Assembly: GCA_973895155.1 (NCBI GenBank)
Contig: OZ316897.1
Span: 17,218,058 to 17,282,057, forward strand
Length of the DNA stretch: 64,000 nucleotides
DNA from: Marsupella aquatica
Lineage: Eukaryota; Plantae; Marchantiophyta
Reading direction: 5' to 3'
Shown here: piece after piece, positions 51,859-61,200 of the stretch
Numbering within the stretch: the first letter of the stretch is position 1
How the letters are laid out: each line of letters opens with the position of its first letter
Program-made: the position numbers and the translations under genes
Notes under the pieces: generated by a model
Told to the model about the DNA's origin: nothing
The model's input: the letters and a program-made list of their open reading frames with translations, nothing else
The model's database searches: none

Positions 51859-52003
51859 TAACGACGATCTGGTCGACCGTTACTGGGGTGTAACGGGGCG
51901 ACCGGGTTCTGACACAGGTGTGATCGGCGGTAGCCGATCACGCCTGGGGAGGAAACCGGGAGGATCGGTACACCCCAGTAATGGACGGCCTGGATCGTCG
52001 TTA
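51859..52003 (+). other. ~145-nt imperfect hairpin at the left end of the element
   Basis: Nested paired blocks TAACGACGATC/GATCGTCGTTA, CCGTTACTGGGGTGTAACG/CGGTACACCCCAGTAATGG, CCGGGTTC/GAAACCGG and CAGGTGTGATCGGC/GCCGATCACGCCTG, around a GGTA loop (51929-51932). Confidence 0.85.
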
Positions 52004-52451
52004 ACGTACGTAATCGCGATCTAGGTTTCAGGTTCACCGGCTCATGAAGGTTAAAACAATTCCAGGTCATTGGATCGAAGAGACGCTGTATCGGGACCGT
52101 CAATTTGATCGTAGCGAAGGTGGGAGGGGGTATTCTGCAAATCGGGTGGGCTGCAGCTATTTCGTCATGACGTTGAACGAGGTAGAGTTGGGAGGCAGCG
52201 AAGCGCTGTGCGATCCGGCGGGGCAAGGCCAAGCTCGGAGACTACAGACTACAGCGATGCGCGATCCGGCGGGGCGAGGCAATGCAATGGCGATGGTGGT
52301 GGTGAAAGCTTGGAGATGGTGGCGGGATGGAGCGCGGCGCGTTTGAGCTGGTTTCAAACCAAACGCGACTGTGTTGCAACCAGGGGGAGCCTTACATTTT
52401 CAGTTCTATTTTGTTTGAATTTTTGCATGCGCCATGCATTGTTTGCAGATC

Positions 52452-54847
52452 ATGGATAGCGGGGTGGAAGCAAATGCAACATTGAAGTGGAGCGTCGTTA
52501 TATCGTTCGATTGCTTGTTGTTGAGTTGTAGTACTTATGCATTGCTACGGATGTTGAGTAGTCAAATGGCTGTAGCGACTAAGCAACTTGTGTCGTTCGG
52601 AGTGATCTGTGAAGTAGCTCGTATGAAGATGGAGGGAGAGTTAAGCGATGAAGTTGTTCCTGGCGATTATTCAGACGCTGAGAGGGAGATGTTTTATATG
52701 GATGATTTGAGTGTTGGTGGGGAGACTTGTGACCTTTCAGAGTTTGATTCGGCCACTGCATTTGACGAGGCATCTATAGAAGCTGTTTCTTTGGATGTTT
52801 TGTCTACTTTGGTCGAGCCTGATCGAGAGCTTGTCAATGAGGTTGAAAGTGGGCTGCAGGTTATTGAGCAGAACCATTTGGATCAAGCGGCTGCAAGTTC
52901 GTCCACCTTGAGGCAAGATCTAGACGTGGAAGTAAGCCTGCCAGGCTTGAGACTCCTGCCTGATCCTGCTTTAGAGGAAGCAGGCCGAGGACTGGAGAAG
53001 TTGTCGTCCGAACGGAATGATCAATGGGCTGTTAGGAGGGCAGACGGGTTGCGGAAGGGGATGGGGTGGGACTTGAGTATTGCATTTGGAGACTTGTCAC
53101 TTGTGCAGGTGGACGAGTTGCTCAGCAACTATTTTGCTCGAGCAGTGAAGAAAGACGGTAATGTTTACCCATCATCTTCACTCATGAACCAAATGAATAG
53201 CTTCAATCGAGTGTTGAGGCGAGGGAGTGATCTGAGATCGCTGAAGGGCTCTTCTTACATTATGCCGAGAGATTTCAACATCAACTCACATCCGGCTTTC
53301 TCAAGAACTCGAATGGTGCTGAAAGCTGCCATCAAGAAGTCTCCAAGGGAGGGGGCTAACAAGAAACGAAAGAAGGTGAGAGTTGTCAGCTTGCATTGCC
53401 TTTAAAGATGTCGTGTGCTTGTAGATCTATTCTGCTGCTTCTGACTTTTGGATGTTTAACTGATCCAGGTTGAGATATTGACAGAGGAGCACGAGAAATC
53501 TATTATGGCTGACATTGACCACCAAGTGACAAGCAGCCATGGATGTCAAAAGCGCTTGGCATTTTACTGTTTGGTCAGGTTTGGCATCCGTGGAGGTGGC
53601 GAGCTCTATGACCTCCATAGAGGCGACTTATCTGTATGCATTGACAAGGCAGGAAGAAGCTATGTGCAGTAAGTGTTTTCTGTTCAGGTGATATTTATGT
53701 TTATGAGATGTAACTTTGTTGTATCTGTTTCTTGTGTGCCAGTGATACTAATAAACATTTGAATTTGTTCAGGTTCGAGGAGCGCCAAAGTAAGAATAAC
53801 TCTTACACGCTCGATCGATACAACGAAGAGCAGTTTAGAAAGATGTATCATAGTTACGAAGTTGATTTTGTGCTGACTATTAATCAGTACAAACGCCATT
53901 TATCTCCAGAAGCAGAGTCGTCAAAGCCTGACCTCTTTATGCAGGCGATTACCAATCCTGCCGGGAATGTTTGGTATAACAAAGTCCACAAGGTAGGGAG
54001 AGATACTGCTGCTCATTGGCTTAAGAATATGTTGGCGCTGGTGGGGCTGCCCCCTAATCTTTTTTCCAACCGAACTGGAAGGACCACACTAATCTCTCGA
54101 CTAGCTGCAAAAGGAGTCCCTGATGTGGTTGGTATGCTGATTAGTGGGCATCATTCAACCAGAGGTTATTCTCATTACGACAGAACTCAAGAACTTAAGA
54201 TGGAGGCTGCAGCCCTGGTCTCTGCTAGTCCAGGCCTTGATTATGAGAAGGCTCTTGGACATGTTTCGAAGTCTTTTGTCCAGGAGAAGCTTGTTGGATC
54301 ATCCGAGGGTCTGAAACCCCTTGTTGACAGGGTGAACGAAAAGGCTAATGTGCAGCCTTCACTCATGACACTTGTACAGGTATGTTCATGAACTTTGATT
54401 TGTTTGTGAGTGAGTTTCTTGGTATTGTTTCTAATGGAAATTTCGTTGGTTGGCAGGGATGTACCGGTTTGAGTGGAGTACTAGGAGAAACATCAGCAAG
54501 AGCTTCACAACAGGTTTGTTTCTACCTGTTTCAACTTTCGGTTGCTGCCTGTCTAGCAAGACTGAGATTAATGTTTGTTTTGTGTGTGGCAGGAAGGAAG
54601 CCACGTTGTTGGGGATATGTTATTACAAAGAACAGATGCTGCCAGATGGGATTCGTCCTATGACATAATTGATTGGGTGGGCGAGTTGTTGAAGCAGAAC
54701 CCTTTGCTTCACGAGAGAATTTCAGGCCCACCACTAGCCAGAGTTTCTGTGGGTAGCAACATCTCTGGAAACTCCTTCCACAATTGTTCAGTATCAATTA
54801 AAATTGTCAAGGCAAGGGAGGATGAGAAGGAGGACGCAGGCCCGTGA
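52452..54847 (+). CDS. Tyrosine recombinase, DUF3504/Crypton type, 5 exons, reading frame intact
   Basis: Exons: (start uncertain, 52452 or 52623)-53375, 53469-53668, 53773-54379, 54457-54513 and 54593-54847, with four short GT-AG introns in consistent phase. Motifs: YFARAVKKDGNVYPSSSL (core-binding), FGIRGGGEL (catalytic R), ERQSKN (K), SNRTGRTT (HxxR position), ISGHHS (H), GYSHY (nucleophile Y), and C-terminal FHNCSVSI as in animal DUF3504/Crypton proteins. Confidence 0.85.
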
Positions 54848-55204
54848 TATTTTAGTTAGTGATATTTTACTTAGTTTTCAGATATTTCAGTAAAGTAGCA
54901 TTAGCAGGAAATAACAGTAAGTAGAAACATTGTACATATAAGGAATTTACTGATATGGCTGTATCGGCTGAATCAACACACCTATGTACAGCAAGAATGG
55001 TTTTACTATTCGATTAAACTTTGCATGACTCCCTTGAATAAAGTGGAATTTTTTAGTACTTTACTTCTTCCAAATCACTATTTGGGTTCAATGCTAAAAG
55101 TGAATAAAAGTTTTACGACTGTGAACTCAGCATACACAAAGCTGAAACATCAAATCATACCCTATTCTGAAACCCCTTGTTGACACAAGCCTATTCCGGA
55201 CCTA

Positions 55205-55395
55205 TTGAAGGATGGAATATGCCAATTGAATGTACACGTATGGACCCACGTATGGATGGAAAATGTGTTTTGGATGGAATATGTTTAAGGTGGATGAAAT
55301 ACTAATTTTCCATCCGGTAGTTATGGGTTCTGTAGCTGCATTACGGGATTCCGTAGCCAGGTTACAGAGTTCTGTAGCCCATGTTACAGAGTTCC
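55205..55395 (+). repeat. Subterminal arrays: GGATG(G)AA motif x4, then 3-4 ~21-bp palindromic units
   Basis: GGATG(G)AA at ~55210, 55254, 55272 and 55292, with an inverted copy at ~55308. Units: GTTATGGGTTCTGTAGC, ATTACGGGATTCCGTAGC, GTTACAGAGTTCTGTAGC, GTTACAGAGTTCC. Confidence 0.75.
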
Positions 55396-58027
55396 AAAAC
55401 GTCAGATGTGTCAAGAAGGCAGATTACGAGAATACAAGGGACCCCCAAAATAGGGTTACACGCAGGTAACCTGAAACCAAGACCGCGATTACGAGCCCTA
55501 TGCTAGTGCTTTGCACTGTGCAAGGAGGGCCAGGGCATTTATGGGGCAAATCAAGAGCAAATGCGTGCGTCAGTGCAGTAGGCCAAAGTCAAGTGGAGAC
55601 ATGGAGTGGAGGGCGAGGCTGGACTTGCTTGGCTGCTTTCTGCTTTCTGCTTTCATACATTGGGAGTCATCGTTGTTGGGACGGAGGCATCGGTGGGAGG
55701 CTGGGAGCATTCACAAGGGAGGGAGATGGATAAGGTAGAGGGGGGAGGCATAATGAATGCACGGAGTGGAGGTTTCGACATGGGGCCAGTATTGAAGATT
55801 GTATTGTCAGGCATGGGAGCCCTAGACAGAGACAGAGAGGATGGGCCGATGCGAGGTGATTGAAGACGGTATTGTCGGGCATGGGAGCCCTGGCACGTGA
55901 ATCGGATGGACACGCAAAATCTGATGCCTGTATCTAATGGTCAATTTTGATTTCCGCCGAAATTGAAATTTGTAACGGGACGAAGGACGAAATTGGCAGC
56001 ATTGCCTATTACAGTGTTAGATGTCAATGGACATTCGTAAAGGGCTAGGTTTTATTTTCTTTCCATCAACTCACCACAACACTTCCCACATAAGATTTGC
56101 CCAGGAAAAATGGCTGTCCCGTGGTTGTGTATTGGTACAATGGTGTGTCTTATCTTACGTCCACCTTCGTAGGAAGAAATTTTAAGTAGCACTCCCCTCT
56201 CTTGCACTCGCACAAACCAGTGCCCTCATAGGGAACAACCAGTTCACAAGTAATGAGTCTGGTTGACTTATCAGGTGGGGATGGAAAGCAAAGTCTATCT
56301 ATATTATGTTTAGTACTATCCTATTAATAGGGCATTGTGGAATGCATACTGCCATGATGACGGATGGCCTTAGCTTGAGTTTTGACGAGCTATTATTATC
56401 CATAATGCTATGGTAACAAAGTTAATACACTTAATGGTCTAAGAGAATTTAGTGCTTACTAGTCAGTAAAAGCGAGAGAAGATTTCATAGTTAGTTATCC
56501 AAATCTTGAATGTGCATTTTTCTCCACAAATGTACTGAAAATTACAAAGAGAAAAATCACCATAGCCTTTGAGTATTGTAAACAGGCCACACTTGACTCA
56601 ACCAGCAATTCGTTGAGTTCAAAATTTGTCAAAATCCACCCTGTTGAGAAAGGTTTGCCACAAAGCATAGCAAGAGCTTTCAAATCTCATTAGCCAGTCT
56701 CCATCCAAGGCACAGGGCCCATTGGCAACCATGTAGCTGCTCTCCTGAAGTCTAGGGAGATCTAACACTGTAAAACAAATCTAGGGAAATGTTAATAGAG
56801 AATATTTCTAGCAATTTTGGGGCCTCAAGAATGTGAGCCTTTATACAAATGGAAGATACTATTTAAGTTCAAAGTAATGTTTACAAATGGTCCATACAAG
56901 TTTTTGTCAAATATTGTGGTTCAGCCATTTGCCAGCCTAAGTGAATTAAATAACCCTAAGAAAAGTATTGGAACTCCACCTCATCCAGAAAGCTTTGCAA
57001 GGGGCAAGTCTCCCACCAAATCTGAGGGCTCTCTCAAATCATGGCAGACCGAATGGTCAAAATAAGTCTATAAAATTTCAAAGGGTGGTGTCAAACCTCA
57101 GATTAAATTGGACCTTGATTACAGTAAGTAGTTAAGGTTTGGGACAGAAAATTTATGTACTACCTATTCAATTCACGATCCATAACTTTTTGCAATATAC
57201 AGGCTAGTGAAAATGAAATGAAATTTTCACATAACCCTTTGAAAAAGGTGTAGCCACCATCGGTAAGTATGAAGCTTTTAAACGCAAGATTCCAAACATC
57301 CAGTAGTCTCCAGACTGTGGTAGTGTACACGTTACAGTCTACGTAGTACTACTACAGTAGTCTGTCTCAGCGCTCACCGCTTACTCACCTCACCACGCCT
57401 GACTCCCTGACTGACCTGTCTGTCTGCCTGTCCGCCTGCCGCCCAGCGTCGTGACTCCTCGTTCGCTCGTTCGAATTGGAATCGAACGAGATCCGATCGT
57501 TGACAGAACGAACAATAATAACGCCTCCACCTCGATAAACGTACGGCACTTTCGCCTCGCCACCAGATTTGCGCGGCCTTCGCCATCTCCGCCGTCCACC
57601 GTATTCCAATCCAGCGGTCCCGAGAACGCCACCACGCCCCCGTTCCGAGGTTCCGAAACACAGCAACACAGCATGCAGGCCTGCAGTAGTAGTAGTGGAA
57701 CGGGGGGACTACGACCGTCGACGGGAGCCGCCGGTCTCGAGCGAGCGCGCCGCGAAAGGAAGAGGAGAGCGGAAAGAAGGGGTGCTCATTCGGAGAGCGC
57801 GGACGGAGGATTTCGAAGATCGACGGGGGAGGTGTGAGTCGAGCGAGAAAGAAGAAGGCGAGGAAGGGGAAAGAGAGGAAGGGGGGTGACGGGGTGATCG
57901 ACTACGGTAGAGAGGTGAATGGAGGGGAGAGGAGGGGAGAGGAGAGTGCGAGAGAGAGTATGTCGACGAGGAAGAGGAGGAGGCGGACTGTACAGTAGTA
58001 GTAGTAGGAGGGACGGACGGGCGGGAG

Positions 58028-58200
58028 CAAGGAAGGGAAGGAAGGAAGGGAAGGGAAGGGAAGGGAAGGAAGGGAAGGGAAGGGAAGGGAAGGGAAGGGA
58101 AGGGGACGGGACCAGGTTTGGTTTGGTTTGGGCGGGGCGGGCGAGGGGGCTAGCTAGGGCTTGTGGGCAAGGGAAGGGAAGGGAAGGGGGGGGGAGGGGG
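58028..58200 (+). repeat. (GGAAG)n purine microsatellite in the 5' leader of the bromodomain gene
   Basis: Long runs of GGGAA/GGAA. Confidence 0.9.
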
Positions 58201-58298
58201 CTGGACTGGGCTGGGCTGGGGAGGCAGGGTGAATGGGTGCGAGGAAGAGGGAGGGAAGGGGTGAGGGGGCTAAAGAAGGAGGAGGGGGGGGATGGGCC

Positions 58299-61200
58299 AT
58301 GGCGGACAAGGACAAGAAGAAACTGAAGGTCATTCTCAAGCTTCCTCCGAAGTCTTCGTCGTCGGCCCAACAGAAATCATCTGCAGCAGGAGGAGGAGGA
58401 GCAGGAGCAACAGCAGCATCGGGAGGAGGAGCGAAGGGTGGTGGTAATGCTTCATCGGTAGGAGGAGGGGGTTTCACTTTTTCGGGGTCGGCAATAGGAG
58501 CGTCGCAGCAATTTGGTGTGGGATTACAAGATCAGCAAAAGCGGCAGCAGCAGCAGCAACAACACCGGAGTGGCAGTACTGGGAGCAGCAGAAATGTGCA
58601 ATCGGGTCAAGCAGCAGGTCGGCATGGGGTGGTGCTTCTCCCGGGGGCTACTGCTGGAGCAGCAGGAGCAGCGGCATCGTTGGGACATACACTGTTTCAC
58701 ACTCCTGGGTCTTTTAGCTCTGTGCGATCTAGTAGTAATTCATCGGCTGCGGGCCCTTTTTCTTCTTCTGCAGCAGCACCGGGAGCAGGAGGAGGAGGGG
58801 GAGGATCGGCATCCGCTCTTCACCATTTGTCACCTCCTGGCTCCTTAAGTCAGGCTCCAACTCCTCTTAAGAAGAGAAAGTTTAAGGCTGTGGAGCACGC
58901 TGGAACCTTTGGTGTTGGAGCGCTAGTAGTAGGACGATCTACAAGTTCTGGTACTGCTGTTGCCTCGGACGGACCGGGATCTGGTAGGGATGCGGGAGGA
59001 GGAGCAGGAGGAATAACGAGAGTTGGTGGTGGAGGAGGCGGAGGAGGAGCAGAACCTGGAACGGGTGGAGCGGGAGGAGGAAAGAGAGCACATGGGGGAG
59101 GAAGAGATGGAGGAGGAAAAGATGGAGGAGGAAGAGAAGGAGGTATGGGAGCAACAGGAGGGAAAACGGGTTTGCCGCCAACCCCGAGTGCTCCGTTTCC
59201 TCTTAAGAAGTCGCACAAGGTGTGTTTACCTTCTTCAATGGTAGAACATCCTTGATTCGCTTCCTCGATTGAAGTTGCTATGTAGATGTCCTTCTTGAGC
59301 GTTTCTGCGGTGAGTGCTCATAACGTGTCTATGCTCTCTCCAAACTAGAGTTTTCATGGGAACGGTGTGAAACAGACAGCCTGGGTGGAGGCAGCATGAA
59401 CTGGAAGTTGGACAAGTTGCTGGGAGAACGAGGTTTGCTTTTGTTGGAGTCCGGCGGGTCACTTTCATCTCGTACTACACTCAACTGCACGAAAGATGGA
59501 AACCCTAAGTTTCGGCAACAATTTTCCTGCGTCGTGTGTATGGAAGCTACAGGAGGAACGGATTAGACCAGTACTGGTCGAGTTCAATTTGGTGCCGTTG
59601 CACTCCTTGTACAACTTCTCTAGGGTATCGTCCATTTCTGTTGGCGTTCGCCCGTTCTGATCCGGTGACTTGTGGTTCTTCCTATATCGCAGAAGCAAGT
59701 TAAACCGTCCACTCGAACCGATGGACCTCAAGCACACAATCCTTTCGCCGGTAAGTGTGGCTCAGGATCATTGACTTTTCTAAGAAGTTGCGATTATTTT
59801 CTTTTCCTTCGACGACGCCCTTGTCGTTATAGCTAGCTTATGGCACGGTGATTTTAAGCGGTGCATTTGTTGCGTCATTTTGTCCCTGCAGGAGTTATTA
59901 TGCCAGAAAAAACTCCATCAGAACCGCTCTCGAAGATGATGTTGGAAGGTGTCCTGGAGAAATTACAAAAGTAAGGACAGTTGAAAACACTTTTTCTATT
60001 ACCTTTCGGTGGAGCTTACCGCTTTTGTTAATTGGACTATGATCTTGCGACGGCTCGAACATTTCAGTTCCTTTGTTTAAGTGTGTCGTTGTTATAAAAG
60101 TATTTGTGTCCAAGACTTTCGTCATTAGATTTGAGACGTTTGTCTAGGTGGAGATCGCACTGTATCTGTGCTCTCGAATCATCCAGTAACATTTTACCAC
60201 CTGGTGTTTTCAGGAAAGATACATATGCAGTTTTTGCTGAGCCGGTAGATGCAACTCAGGTAAGCTAATCTCCTTACTCTGTACTCGGTTGTGGAATAAC
60301 CGTCCTAGTGAATTCTTAGGCCATGTATTTGCATATCTCTATACATATAAATTGGGTATTGTAAAACCTCGTAGTTGTTTATATCATATATGGGAGTGGT
60401 TTCTTAGAGTGGGTGTTTACCTTGGCAGGTGCCTGATTACTACGAAATCATTAAAGAGCCCATGGATTTCGGCACTATGAGGAAGAAGATAAAGAAAGGC
60501 TCGTATAAATCAGTCGAAGAATTTGAGGTTTGTTGCCTGCCTGTTTGTTTTACACTCTTCTCGGTGGCTTCTAAGTTATGCTGAAGTCTCGAAAGAAAGT
60601 TGGGATGAGCCTTCGCTTACTAGCTAGCAATGGTCGGAGCATGCTCTTTTCTTTTTTCTTTTAGTGTTTTGGGGTTTCGATGTCTGTTCCTCTAGCTGGA
60701 AGCTTCTTTCTTTTTGTATAAGATTGTCGGATTTACTGAGTGGCGGTTATTTTGGCTAATGTTCAGGGAGATATATACTTAATTTGCAGCAATGCCATGC
60801 GTTACAATGGGCCAGAGACTATATACTACAAACAGGTAAAGAATCGTCCATCCAAGAGATTGCGAGATTACTTCGTTTACCTGGGTATGTGAAATGCTAG
60901 ACGAAATTTGTTTTGCAGATGTGCAACACTTTTGCGTTGAAGCCTGCATATTTTAGGATTGTAGGATAATGGAAAGTCCGACTCCTCTAAATATCTATGG
61001 AGAGTTTGAAACGCTGCCCATGTTCATATATTAAGCTACTGAACTATCTGAATTAGGGATGGAAACGATTGAGTGGGTGTTCAGTCTCTCCCGTTCATCT
61101 AGGCAAAGAAGCACCATCCTAGTCAAATTATTTGATCATGCATTTCATGAGCAGTATACCACTGTGTACACCTTACCGGGTTCTCACTTCTTCAATTTGC

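Larger units (their letters stand above)
51852..55501 (+). mobile_element. Crypton-like tyrosine-recombinase DNA element (right end may instead be ~56009)
   Basis: Contains a spliced DUF3504-type recombinase gene. Termini are TATAGGG.../...CCCTAT, with TAT at both ends and no long TSD. Subterminal inverted repeats at 52009-52038 and 55465-55493. It truncates a Harbinger pseudogene at the left boundary. Confidence 0.75.

Noticed and set aside
51870-51990. Internal loops of the long hairpin as bridge-RNA-like guides matching target or donor
   Set aside because: The loops are only 4-6 nt and I found no convincing match to the flanks or element ends, so RNA guidance is not supported by this copy alone.
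51854-55500. hAT element interpretation of the TAGGG...CCCTA ends
   Set aside because: The flanks (TCTACGTA vs TGCTAGTG) give no 8-bp TSD, and the encoded protein is a tyrosine recombinase, not a DDE transposase.
57786-58477. Pro-rich and Gly/Arg-rich ORFs
   Set aside because: These are translations of the GGAAG microsatellite and the antisense of the bromodomain gene.
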